From positions 2,606,977 to 2,670,976 of the forward strand of contig MU054338.1 in the NCBI GenBank assembly GCA_013239625.1: a stretch of 64,000 bases of DNA, written 5' to 3'. This stretch comes from Lama guanicoe (Eukaryota). This document shows, piece by piece, positions 39,171 through 51,370 of the stretch. Numbering within the stretch: the stretch's first letter is position 1; each line of letters begins with the position of its first letter. A program made the position numbers and the translations under genes. The notes under the pieces were generated by a model that was not told the DNA's origin, made no database searches, and was given only the letters and a program-made list of their open reading frames with translations.

Positions 39171-40382
39171 TATGTATATACACACATATATATATACACA
39201 CATATCATTCTTTTTTAAAAAAAAGTTTTATTGAAGTGTAGTTTATTTGCAATGTTAGTTTCAGGTGTGCAGCAAAGTGATTCAGTTATACTATATTGTT
39301 CCTTTCGACTGCAGGACATTTTGCAGCTTACAAAACCCTTATGACGTTACTGTCTCATCTAACCTTCCAAATGCCTGAGATACTTTCAGAGATGATATCT
39401 CAGTACTACAGAAGGTCATATAGGTGCTGAGCTTCAAAGGGGGACTGGAGTTCAGGTTTCCCTGGGTTGTGAAGGTTTTCAAGTGGGGATGTTAGGTGCC
39501 ATCTTGGGAGCTTCTTGGCTGGTACACGTTGAGTTCCTGAGAGTTCCCTCCCTCCTGGGGGATGACGTAGAAGATAGTCTCTGGACCAAGTGAGCTGTGG
39601 GCAAGACGGAGTCTGCCATTTCTCCAGACCTGGGCCCTGAGCTGAGTTTACACGGGGAGCCTGCTGCTTTCCGTCCCAGACTCCTGCTCCCCCACAGTCT
39701 ATGGGGGTGGTTGATGAACCCCTAAGTCTCCCGTGCCTGAATCTGCTGTTTCTTAAAACCAATCATTTTGTCTGGCCCAGGTCACCCTCACATTCTGGGC
39801 CTCAGTTTGCCAATGGCAGTGAGGGCTGTACCTCTTTCACAGGCTTACAACGCAGCCACAAAACAAGGTGAGGTGTCTTCGGGCACTTGGATCAAATGTC
39901 TTTAGGTTTTTCACAGGTATTGGCCGTTCTCACAACCATGATCCAAGGGAGAGTGGATGAGGGGCCTTCCCTAGCTGCTGTGGGTGAATTTGGGGCTGTA
40001 ACTGGGCCTCGAGGGATTAAAACAGTTTGCACGTGGGCCGAGGGACTCCTAGTTCATATTCCTGGAGGAAGTTCTGAGAAAGAGAGCTGGGGGAAGGTGT
40101 TCCACCTTTGAAAAAGGGTGGGACATAGGCAGGTTCTAAAACCTGGGGGGTCACTGAGCTTGAAGAGGACCCCATGATGATTCGAGAACATTCTGCTCAG
40201 AGATCGGTCTTCCTGGAAACCCACTTAGCCAGCCCATGAGCCAAGTCCCTGATCTCCAGCTTGTATTCTAGCGGAGGATAGAGAAGACAAGCAAATCAAA
40301 GGAGTTCAGACAATGACCGGTGAGCTGAGTGAAGATGGTTAACCCGAGGCACTGAACAGACATTGATGGGGGCCTGGGAGCT

Positions 40383-40695
40383 TTTGTTGTTTGTTTGTTT
40401 TTTAATGAACATGTGTCAAAAGATTTTATTTCAATCATTAATTGAGGGAGCCAGTAAGATGTTACAATGGATTCAAAGGAAAATCTGAAGAACATTCATA
40501 TGTAGACAGGTGGGAAATGCTGGAATGAATTTACAAACAGAAGCAAAACATGACTATGTGCAACCACTTTGTATTTCTGTGGACAAGAATCATTGCTCTA
40601 AGTAACCGTTTTTCATAACGTACACAGTTGTACAATAGCCCGAAGACGGCAGAGGGCACAGAGACCCCATAGAATCAGACAACGTCTAGGTTTGT
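40383..40695 (-). pseudogene. 5'-truncated retrocopy of a polyadenylated RNA 3' end, inserted into L2-like sequence
   Basis: Minus-strand AATAAA (40425-40430), degenerate poly-A tail (40383-40403) and flanking direct repeat CTGGGAGCT (40374-40382, 40696-40704). Confidence 0.65.
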
Positions 40696-40914
40696 CTGGG
40701 AGCTGGTTCTTTTATTTAAATGATCATCAGGGAGAATTCTTCAAAGGAGGTGGTGTTTGAACAGAGACCTGAATGAGGGTCTGAGGATGGGTTCCCAGGC
40801 TTGTAGGTAAAGGGTGGGTCTGAGTTTTGTGATGGAGGCCAGTGTGGTTGGAGCAGCAGATTAAGAGGGCAGTGAAGGGGCACCTGCAGGCCAGGACTTT
40901 ATATAAAGTGTCAT

Positions 40915-41770
40915 GGATTTAGCCATAAAAAGGAGGGAAGCACTGACACTTGCTACCATGTGGATGGACTTTGAGGCCACGATGCTCAGTGAGAGAAGCA
41001 GACACAGAAGGACACACAGCGTGTGACTCCATGGATGTGAAACGTCCAGAACAGGCCAGTCCTCAGATGCAGAGAGGGGGTTCCTAGTTACCAGGGGCTG
41101 GGGAAGGGATGAGGGTGACTGCTAATGGGGACTGCGTTGCTTTGTAGGGTGATGGAAATGTTCTAAAACGAGACAGTGGTGAGGGTTATGTAAATCTGCG
41201 AATATACTGAAACCACTGAATTGAACACTTTAAAGAGTAAATTTTGGGGTATGTGAATGACATCTCAATTTTCAAAAAGCAAAGCAACACCCATGTTTAA
41301 CGGCCGCTGTACTCACAGTAGCTAAACCATGGAAACAACCCAAATGTTCATCCACAGATGAATGAATAAGCCAAATGTAGTCCATCCACAATGGAATATT
41401 ACTCAGCCTTAAAAAGGAAGGAGATTCCAACACCTGCTACAACATGGATGAACCTTAGGGACGTGGTGCTCAGTGAAATAAGCCAGACAGAAAAGGACAA
41501 ATACTGTCTGATCCCACTACAGGAGGTCCCTAGAGGATGTCACATCCATAGAGGCAGGAAGTAGATGGTGGGGGCCAGCAGCTAGGGGAGGGGAGGGGGA
41601 GTCAGTGTTTCATGGGGACAGAGTTTCAGTTTGGGAAGATGAGAAAGTTCTGGAGATGATGATGGGGATGGTTGCAGAACAATGTGAATGTGCTTAATGT
41701 TACTGAATTGTACACTTAAAAATGGTTATAGTGGTAAATTTTATGTTACCAGAAATTTTTTTTAAGTTGA
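40915..41770 (+). mobile_element. Two tandem L1MB-like 3' ends
   Basis: The module agcc(a/t)taaaaagga...gctcagtga...gatg...gttct...actgaattg occurs twice. Confidence 0.8.
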
Positions 41771-42924
41771 AAAGGAAAGTCGGCCTGGAACAGAATATGA
41801 GTGGCCATGTTCCAGCTCATTCCAAAGTCTGGGAATGTCCCATTAGTATGAAGTGTGGTTATTTAGGAATAAAATTAAATCTTTTCCCTTTGGAAAAAAT
41901 GAAAATTAAAAGAGTAGGAAGTTCCCCCCCCTTAATGTTACTGGAAAGACATTAGCTGGGATTTGAGCAGAGGAGTGCCCTGCCTTATGTTGTGTTAATC
42001 ACCCTGGGCAAGGCCATTAGGGAGCTGGTGTGGGCATCCCGGCGAGCACAGTGCGAGAAGGTGGAGAGGGTCTCTTTTGGAGGTTGAATTGAGATGATCT
42101 GAAGCTGGGTCAGATGTGTTGGGGGGACAGAAAGCAAAAGACCCAAAGAGCATGCCTGGTTTTATGGCACGATGGATGGGTTTGGGATGACAGCCAGGGT
42201 GGGGTGAAGAGTTCTGTTTTCCCTTTTGTGATGGAGTGTCCACCAGGTGTCCAGCAGAGGAGCCGAGCAGGCAGGTGGGTAGAAAAATGAGGAGTGCCAG
42301 GGTGGGGGTTGGGTCTCCCCAAACTCTGAGGCACATGGCATCCCCCAAGGAAGTGGGGACTGAGAGAGCATCCCAGGGCTGGGGGACGCCGATGGTGGGG
42401 TCCAGCAGAAGGGGCTGGGAAGGAGGCCAGTGGAACAGAAGGGAGTCGGGAGTCAGTCAGGTCACAGAAACCAACTTCCGGCAAAGTGGCCTGGCTGTTC
42501 ACCGTCCGATCCCCAGGGCTCAGAATACTGTCACCGAGAGAGCGGTACCCAGTACAGGTTTGGTTCAGGAATGACAGTTTGTCTCTAACCTCATGGACGA
42601 GACAAACAGTGAGCATTGGGAACCCATGTGAGCTCCCTAGAGGCAAGTCATGCTGAGAGGATCTTCATTTGCTTGTTGGACCGAATAATAGGCAATGGCA
42701 GGCAGAGGGTTACCTGGACTCCAGCAAACTGTGGCTGGGGTGGTGCAGGGGATTCTGGAACATTCTAAGGAATGTTGATGAGCAAATAGAACACAGTAGA
42801 TAAACATGGCATGTCCTTAGATCTGCTTGCTGTGTGTGTTACTGCAGTACACGTTTATTTTTAATATTAATTAACTATAAGTAACTATGTATATGTGATA
42901 TATACACACTTATTTTAAAATAAA

Positions 42925-42960
42925 TTTTTGTTTGTTTCTTTGTGGGGGAGGTGATTAAGT

Positions 42961-42996
<36 letters not shown>

Positions 42997-43050
42997 TGGA
43001 GGTCCAGGGGATTGAACTCAAGACCTTGGGCGTGCTAGTCTCTCTCCCCT
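42925..43050 (-). mobile_element. Vic-1-like SINE, internally deleted
   Basis: (ttta)n tail, then ggaggtccaggggattgaactcaagacc. Confidence 0.7.
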
Positions 43051-43189
43051 TATATACCTATTTTTAAAAGGCTCATGATCTGTTTCCTCCAGCTTCAAAA
43101 CCAGAAGCTTGACATCCTCGCATCTCTCTGACTCTGACCCTCCTACCACCCTCTTATAAGGACCCTAGGAAATATGTATATAAGTTAAC

Positions 43190-43570
43190 TTCCTTCAGCT
43201 GCTGTGAAAAAGCCCCACAGACTGGGTGGCTTGGAAGAGCAGAAATGTGTTCTCTCTCAGTTCTGGAGGCCAGAAGTCCAAAGTCAAGGTATCAGCAGGG
43301 CCATTCTCCCTCCAAAGGCGCAGGGGAGGGATCTGTCCCCACTTCCTTCCGGTAGCCTCAGGCCTTCCTTGGCTTGCAGGTGCCGGCTTCCCCCAGATGC
43401 CTTCGTATCCTCTTCCCTCTGTGCGCGTCTGTCTCCTTCTTAGGAGGACAGCAGTTGTATTTAATCAGGGGCCCACTCTGCTCCAGCATGAACTCTCATT
43501 AACTGACTACATCTTTAACAGCTCTATTTGCAAATAATCGCATTCTAAGGTCCTGGCAGCTAAGACTTCA
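43190..43570. mobile_element. MLT1-like (ERVL-MaLR) solo LTR
   Basis: ccacagactgggtggctt..tctcagttctggaggccagaagtccaaagtcaaggt..taagacttca, typical of MLT1. Confidence 0.7.
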
Positions 43571-43669
43571 GCATGTCGTATATATGTGTGTATGTCTACG
43601 CCCATATCTAAACATATCCATCTGTCTAATCTTTTCCACCAGTAAATTCGAATATAGATGCTAAGATGT

Positions 43670-43990
43670 GGGGGAGGGTATAGCTCAGTGGTAGACAGCG
43701 TGCCTAGCATGCAGGGGGTCCTGGGTTCAATCCCCAGTACTTACTAAAAAAATAAATAATTAAGCCTAATTACCTCCCCCCAAAACAAACAAACAAACAA
43801 ATAAATAGGGAGAGGGTATAGCTCACTGGTTAGAGCACGTGCTTATCATACACAAGGTCCTGGGTTCAATTCCAAGCACCTCCATTAAAATAAATAAGTG
43901 AATAAATAAATCTAATTACCTCCTCCCAAAACAAACAAACTAACTAAATAAACAAATCTAATTATTTCTCCCCACCACCAAAAAATTAAA
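43670..43990 (+). mobile_element. Two tandem tRNA-derived SINEs (camelid Vic-1-like)
   Basis: ggggagggtatagctcagtggtaga...ggtcctgggttcaatccccagtac (Pol III A/B boxes), then aataa/ctaattacctcccc tails. The second unit starts at ~43808. Confidence 0.85.
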
Positions 43991-44669
43991 ATTAAAAATG
44001 AAAACAAGATATTGAGGCTGCTGAAGGCTAGCTTACCAGCTCTACAGGAGAGCAGTCTGGGAGAAGGGCAGTAAGTTTGGATTCAAGGTGCATCGCGACA
44101 AACACACAAATAAATACTAATAACCTTCCTGGGGAAACTGTGAAGTTCTGTATGCACTTTCAAAAGTCAGCTGACTGCTGGGAAGAGAGTTTCAGTTTGG
44201 GAAGATGAGAAAGTTGTGGAAACGGAAGGGGAAGCTGGGAGAAAGGTGCTGGGAAGCCTGTCTAGAGTCTTCGTGATTTTTCCGTGAATCTAAAATTTGT
44301 CCAAAATAAAGCCTTTATTTAACAACAAAGAAAAGAGCAAAAATTGAGGCCACGTGCGTATATACATTTGTCAAATTCACCCAAGTCTATACTTAATATC
44401 TGTGCATTTTACTGTATGTCACCAATACCTTAATTAAAACATACACACACACAAAGAAATAAAAACACCAGAAAAAAAGCCTCTTTGCTGAAAATGCCTA
44501 AAAACATGCATCGTGTTTGACCCAGAGATTCCATATCTAGAAAGGTATCCAAAGCAAGTAATTTCAGATGGTCAGGCTGGAGAAGTGAGAAAGGTGGGCT
44601 ACAAACCGGTGACTCATGAAAGTCCTCTTGTTCTTTTTTTTTTATTTTTTAAATTAAAAAAAAGCATTT

Positions 44670-44807
44670 TGGGGAGGTAATTAGGTTTATTTATTTATAT
44701 TTATTTATTTTAAATTTGTATTTATTTTTAATGGAAGTACCAGGGATTGAACTCAGGACCTTGTGCAAGCCAAGCACACACTCTACCCCTGAGCTGTACC
44801 CGCCCCT
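44670..44807 (-). mobile_element. Vic-1-like SINE
   Basis: ggggaggtaattaggtttattt...gggattgaactcaggacc...ctctacccctgagctgtaccc. Confidence 0.8.
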
Positions 44808-45014
44808 CAAGTTGTATTAGTCTTAACAATATGCGCACGGCTACTCACAATATACACACTGAGGTCTCGACAGCGCACGTCTTCAGGTGGTGGGACAGGA
44901 TGACTTTGCTTTTCTGAATATTTGAGTTTTCTTCAATGACTACATATTGTTTTTCTAAAAAGTAAGTAAATAAATAACTGCACAAGCTAGAAAGAGAATA
45001 TCCTATGAGGGTTT

Positions 45015-45487
45015 TGTATGAGTTTCCTAAGGCAGTTGTAGCAAATTACCAAAAATTTAGTGACTTAATACTACACAAATTAATTTTCTTACATTTCTAG
45101 AGATCAGAAGTCCAAAACGGGTCATAAAGGCTAAAACCCAGGCGTGGGCGGGGCTGGTCCCTCCGGAGGCTCCAGGGAGAAGTGGCTCCTGCCTCTTCCA
45201 GCTTCTAGAGGCGCCGCATCCCTGGCTCGCGGCCCCGCCCTCCATCCTCACCGCCAGCAGCGCAGCATCTCCCGTCTCTCTCTGACTTTGACCCTCCCGC
45301 CTCCCTCTAATAAGGACCCTGTGGTGACACTGGGCCCCTGTGCGTAATCCAGGATAATCTCCCATCTCAGGGTCCTCGATTTAATCCCACCTGCAGAGTC
45401 CCTCTGACCACGTAAGGGAGCACACTCACAGGTTCCAGGGGTTAGGATGCGGACATCTCTGGGAGACCATTATTCTGCCCACCACAG
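45015..45487. mobile_element. MLT1-like (ERVL-MaLR) solo LTR
   Basis: tgtatgagtttccta...caaattacca...taaggaccctgtggtgacactgggccc...ccattattctgcccaccaca, with TG...CA termini. Confidence 0.75.
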
Positions 45488-46009
45488 GTTTGAATGGGCA
45501 AACCAGGGAATTAGGAGTGCAGCTAGGATTCTGGAAAAGCTAATGTGATTTCAGGCTACATTAATAGAGGTCTAGTGTTCAGCTCAAGGGAGGTCGTAGT
45601 CTTACCAAACCATTCCAGGGATGAGACCAGGACGCTGAAAGGAGACAGGGAGCCATCCCATAAGGAAGGACAGACAGACTGACCGATAGCAGAGCCTGGT
45701 TTGCCGGAGACTTCTGTATGGCTTAGGGCTTATAGATGGAAGGGTGACTTGATTCTGGAGCATTCCCAAGGGAGGCAGGATGTCAGACCTGGCCTTGGTC
45801 CTGAGTCTCCTCTCACTGCCTAGCATACAGCACTGGGCTCAGTCAGCGAGTGGGACACCCTACTCCCAGAAGGCGAATCAGCACAATGTCAGGAGAACCT
45901 CTTGGAAGCCTTGTGGGGGTCCTTCCACCAGACTCATTTGGTCAAAATGCTGACCGGGCTCCCGAGGCCTAAGTCAGATAACCCAGAGCAAAGTTCAATT
46001 CCTAAAACT

Positions 46010-47105
46010 GTACAGCTGTTTGTACACCTGTGTTCATAGCAGCATTATTCACAGCAACCAAAAGGTGGAAGAAACCCAAGTGACCATCGACAAAAGATAG
46101 GGAAACAAATTGTGGTCTATCCACACAGTGGAATATTACTCAGTCTTGAAAAGGAAGGAGAGTCTGACACAGTCTACACTGTGAATGAAACTTGGGGACA
46201 TGATGCTCAGTGAAATAAGCCAGACACAGAAGGATAAATACTGCCTCATTCCACTCACATGAGGTCCCTAGAGGAGTCACATCCATAGAGACAGGAAGTA
46301 GATGGTGGGGGCCAGGGGCTGGGGGAGGGGATAGGGAGGGTCAGTGTGTTTTATCTTATTTTATTTGTTTTTGGGAGGGAGCCAGTTTGATTTACTTATT
46401 ATTATTATTTTTATTTAACATGCATCCATCACCTGATGCATGCTAAGCATGCACTCTACCACTGAACGGTACCCTCTCCCTTGGGGCGGGTCTGTGGGTT
46501 GTTTTTTTTTTTTAACATTTTTTTATTGAGTTATAGCCTTTTTACAGTGGGGGCAGGTCAGTGTTTAATGCAGACAGAGTTTCAGTTTGGGAAGATGAGA
46601 AAGTTCTGGAGATGGAAGGAGGGGATGGTTGCATAACCATGTGAATGTGCTTAATGCCACTGAGCGGTGCTCTTAAAAATAGTTAAGATGGTAACTTTTT
46701 TTTTAATTGAAGTATAGTTGATTTACAATGCTGTGTTAGTTTCTGGCATAGAGCATAGTGATTCAGTTACACATATGTGTTCTTTTTCATAGTCTTTTTC
46801 ATGATAGGTTGTTACACATTGACTATAGTTCCCTGTGCTGTACAGTAGGTCCTTGTTGTTTATCTATTTTATATATAGTAGTTAGTATTTGCTAATCCCA
46901 AACTCCTGCTTTATCCCTTTTGTCCCTCCCCCTACCCTTTGGTAACCATAGCTTTGTTTTCCATGTTTGTGAGTCTGTTTCTGTGTGTGTCATTTTTTCA
47001 GATTCCACATGGACGTGATAGCATATGACATTTGTCTTTCTCTGTCTGACTTGCTTCACTATTGGTGGCAGGTTTTCTGTATGTTTTACCACAATAAAAA
47101 AAAAA
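46010..47105 (+). mobile_element. L1MB-like 3' end interrupted by a SINE (~46350-46480, -), a short L1 tail (~46502-46549, -) and a younger L1 3' end (46696-47063, -)
   Basis: Colinear with the uninterrupted copy at ~41290-41770 once the inserts are removed. Confidence 0.75.
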
Positions 47106-49574
47106 TCAGGGTCTGTTTAAATAAAAGATTTAAAAAAAAAAGAAAAGAAACTACTTTGGGGTCCCACGTAACAAAGCCCAGCCTTTTGGTTTTGGCGAGT
47201 GAGGGCATTAGAAAGGAAAGAACGTGGAAGCCACCGGCCACCATACAGAGACCAGAGGCTCCCCGCCCGGCTTTGGAGGCTTCAAGCCCCGCTGTGACCA
47301 CTTGCAGGCCTGAGGCTGGGCCTGTGGGCAGGGACTTTGCCTGCCCTGGGTGCCCGAGAAACCCGGAACCGGTGCCCGGGTGCGCGGCAGGCCAGGTGAG
47401 CCTCCGGAAACCCCTCCGGTTCCCCGGTGGGTGGAGGCCTCCTCCCGTCCAGGCTCCTCCCAGGGCCCGGGCCCCTCCCAGGCAGGCTCTGGGGCAGAGC
47501 TAACTTTTAACTAGCACAGCCCGGGGTGGCCAAACCAGGTGTGCAAGTATCGAAATACTTCAGCTGCGTCACGGAGCGCCCAGGGCCCCTGCCCTGAGCC
47601 CTCTCCTCGGACAGATGGCCCCCAGCATCACGGAGAAGCGTTTTCTAAGCGGCAGACGCTGAGTTCGTAGCCTAGGTGGGGGCGGTGTCTGGTCTATGTA
47701 CCCCCGGGTGTCTGTGCACCTCACGTAAGAGGTGGCATAGACCCCTCCAGACGTGGGACACCTGGTGCCGCCCCTCCTTCCCTCCCTCCCCTACTCTCTG
47801 ACTCCCGTCTGCGCAGCGGGCCCTTCCAGCTGGAAGCTCCTGGTCCCCGCCGGGCCCTGGCTCCCCTCTCCACCTGAGCGCTGGTCTCCTGGACTCCCCT
47901 TCACATCCAGGCTGGACGACAGCTCCCAGGGGCCTCTCAGAACCTCGGCTGAGTGCTCCAAAGCTGGGGTAGGGGGTGCGCCTGCCTGCCTGCCTCTGGG
48001 GTTCAGCCCAGAGCTCTGTCCCTGTCACTCTCCACAGCCTGGCTCAGGGAATTTGCTTAGGGCAGTGGGTCCCATCGGTGGGGGGAGGGATGTGATGTCC
48101 CCCCTCCCCACTTCCTTGGGACAACTCTGGTTGTCATATTGGGAGTGCTCCTGGCATCAAGTGGATGGGGGCCAGGAAGGCCGCTCAACACCCACCAGTG
48201 CCCAGGAGCCCCACCCCCAAGATGACCCGATGCGGCGGGGGGGGGGTTGCTATGCCCAGGATCTAACACGCCTGCTTGCTCCTCCCTCTCTGTGCTCTGC
48301 AGAGAAGGAAAACCACTTCCTGGTGGCCTCCACTTGACTGGTGGCCCAGTCCCAGCACTTGAGCCACCCGGCTGCCCTCCCCACCCCAACTCCCCAAGCA
48401 GAGCCTCCTCCCCACCCCACCCTGCACTACCCCAGGCAGCCTGTCTCCACGCTGGGGGACCTTGGTTTTCCACGTGTGCAGGGGCCTGAGGCTGGATAGT
48501 AAGTGGAGATGGTCCCCCTCAATCATCTTTACCCAAGGGACCTCGAGTGAACCAGGCCAGTTTTGTGCCCCCTCGCCCCCGCCCCAGGGCCTTCTACAAG
48601 ATGGCATCCCCCAGCGAGCCTGCGGAGCCGGCGGACCCACAGCCAGGCAAGGCAGTGGAGGAGCGGAAGGGGAGAACGTGGCAGCATTTCTGGCTGGCTG
48701 GACCTCCCCCTCCATCTTTCTTTTTTTAAAATCACCGCAATTTAAGGAGCGACTCCTCCCTCCATCCCGCCTGCCACGTGGGCTGTCCGAGGAGTCACCG
48801 CTAGCTCGCCCTCTCTCCCTCGCTGGCTTGGCTGAGACGCAGTAGCTTCAGTTTCACTTTGGTGTCACCAGTTTCACTTTCGGGGAGGGAAAGAGGAGAG
48901 ACAGAGAAGAGGAGAGAGGGAGACAGGGAGGGCGGCTGTGTCAGGTGCAGGGTCAGGGAGGGCTGTGTCCTGCCTGCGGGGCAGGGGGGGGCACCACCTG
49001 CCGCCCGCTTTCCTGACCTTCCTCTGGCCTGTGGATTCTCATAGTTAAGGTCAAAGGGTCAAGGGCAAGTTCTCCCTGTGTGACTTTGGGCCTCCGAGAG
49101 TACCCCCCTCTTGGAGAAGGGGATCTGAGGACCACGCCCACCCTACCGGGTTCTGGGAAGATCACAGCCCTGCTGACTGCTGACCCGGGCCGGCGAAAGT
49201 CAAGGACAGTCCCACAGCGTCCCCGGTAGGAGAGGGCAGAGCAAGGTCCAAGGCAGAACCGGATGCCAGCTGCCTCTACCCAGCAGGGACCCTTGGCCCA
49301 GAAGCCACCAGGAAGGAGGCTCCATGTGGCTTGAGTCGGGGCTAGGCGGCGAGTGGGGCGTAGGCAGTGTCCCCCAAGGCCGAGTGGCTTGGGGCTCGCG
49401 GTCTGGCCAAACGGGACTGGAGGCCCACCTGCTCTGCTTACTTCCCAGCAGGCCTGCTTGTCTCTGGGCAGCGGTGTGACCTTGTCCCCCTCAGCCCCTG
49501 CTGTTCTTCCTGTGGCGGGAGGCCCATGGCCCGGGCCGGGCCGCAGAGCCGCCGCCTCAGGGGAAGGGGAGGAG

Positions 49575-49672
49575 GTTTTTATTTACTTGTGTTTAACGGC
49601 GGTGCTGGGGACTGAACCCAGGACCTTGTGCGTGCTAAGCACGCGCTCCACCACTGAGCTATCCCGCCCCCT
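49575..49672 (-). mobile_element. Vic-1-like SINE; another deleted copy at ~52630-52739
   Basis: gtgctggggactgaacccaggaccttgtgcgtgctaagcacgcgctccaccactgagctatccc. Confidence 0.8.
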
Positions 49673-49834
49673 CCTCCCCGAGCCACTGTCTTCTGAGCCT
49701 GGCTGAGAGCCAGTTAAGAGCAAGAGTGGGCCAGTTCACCCGGCTCAGGTCCTGTAAAAGGAACCCCTAGACTGGACAGGAGAATACAGCTCAGGGAGAT
49801 AGAAAGTGTGGGAGCCAATGGGAGGGGGCGGCTC

Positions 49835-50300
49835 ATTTTTAGTAACAGCTTTATTGCGATATCATTCACATACCATACAGTTCACCATTTAAAGTGTGCA
49901 GTTCACTGGTTTTCAGGACATTCACAGAGTTGTGCAACCATCACCACTGTCTAATCTAGAACATTCTCATCAAAAGGAAACTGTCCTGTCCCTTTAGTAT
50001 TGCCCCCAGCCCCTGACAACCACTAACCCACTTCTGTGTCTGGGGACTGGCCTGTTCTGGACGTCTCACATCCATGGAGTCACACACTGTGTCCTTCTGT
50101 GTCTGCTTCTCTCCCTGAGCACCGTGCTCTCAGGGCCCAGCCCCGTGGAGCGGGTGTCAGGGCTGCTCTCCTGGTCACGGCTGAGTGATGCTCCCGTGTG
50201 TGGAGGGACCACATTCCGCTTATGAAGTCCTCAGCTAATGGACAGTGGGTTGTCTCCACTTTTGGCTGCTGTGAATCATGCTGCTGCAAATGAGGGCAGG
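49835..50300 (-). mobile_element. L1MB-like 3' end
   Basis: aacagctttattg..ttcacataccatac..cacagagttgtgcaaccatcacca..ctgttctggacgt. Confidence 0.8.
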
Positions 50301-50929
50301 TGTTAAGGTAACCGAAGGAGGTTTTGATTAGTGCCTGTCCACCCACAAGTGATACATGGGGACCTTGCATTTTCTGGGGGTAAGAAGCACACCCTAAATT
50401 GCGCAGAGAGAAGGAGCGCCCCAGGCACAGCCTGGCACCTGGGCTCTCTGGGTGTCTGCTGGATGCTGGGAAAATCCTTTCCCCACCCCCACCCAGTTGG
50501 CCCCATTATCAACCCGGAACTTCAAAAGGGAGGGGTCTGAGATGCTCCCAGAACCTCAGAGGCTGACCCTGGGGGTGGCACAGAGCAGCAGGGCTGGCAG
50601 GCTGGTAACACGGCCCCTGGAACATGGCCCCACCCTTTTAATGAGAAGGAGAGCTGGGGTAGGAGTGGGCAGGCCGAGGGGAGGGGTGGGGAGGGAGGAG
50701 GAGAGGGAGGAGGGGAGGGGCGTCCTCACATCCAGGTGGGCGGTCGGCTTCCCTGCACCTGTGCCCGGCTTGCACCTCCCCCTTGCTGGAGAGCGCCCGG
50801 CAGGGGAGGAGTCAGTCACACAGGATCCCATTCTTGCCACTCCGGAGCCACTTCCTGCTCTTTAACATGAGGTGAAAGCAGGAGACAGTGCACCTCGAGG
50901 TTCATGTGTACCGGGGAGACACCATCCCT

Positions 50930-51370
50930 CCGTGAAGAGGCTGCTCCCATTGGCCCCGCCCCCTCCAGCCCAGCTCCGGGTGCGGGGAGACCCGGTCCAG
51001 CAGCTCCCCAGGCGCTCGCCAGGCACCTGTTCAGCGTCTCTGGGGAGGCGTCCCTTCAGGTCCTCTGCCCACCTTTTTAATTGGGGCCACTGTCTTTTGG
51101 TTACTGAGTTGTAAGGATTCCCCACTACCACTTTTTTTTTTTTTGCTTTGTCAAGAATTGTAAGGATTCTGGGCACTGGACCAGTCTCCCATATAGGATT
51201 TGCAAATACTTTCTCCCACTCCGTGGGCTTTCTCTTCCCTCTCTTGGTGGTGTCCTTTGATGCACCCTGGTTTTTAATTTTGATCAAGTCCAAGTTCATC
51301 TGTTTTTGTTTGTGCTGCTTGTGTGTATGTATCATGTTGAAGAATCCACCGCCAAGTTCAAGGCCATGAA
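50930..51370 (-). mobile_element. Old L1 ORF2 fragment
   Basis: ggatttgcaaatactttctcccactcc..gtgtcctttgatgcac. The minus-strand translation is L1-like (IKIKN..SKDTTKRGKRKPTEWEKVFAN). Confidence 0.75.

Noticed and set aside
43670..43745. tRNA-Ala-like sequence
   Set aside because: It has A/B boxes but continues into an A-rich SINE tail and has many diverged dispersed copies. It is a SINE head, not a tRNA gene.
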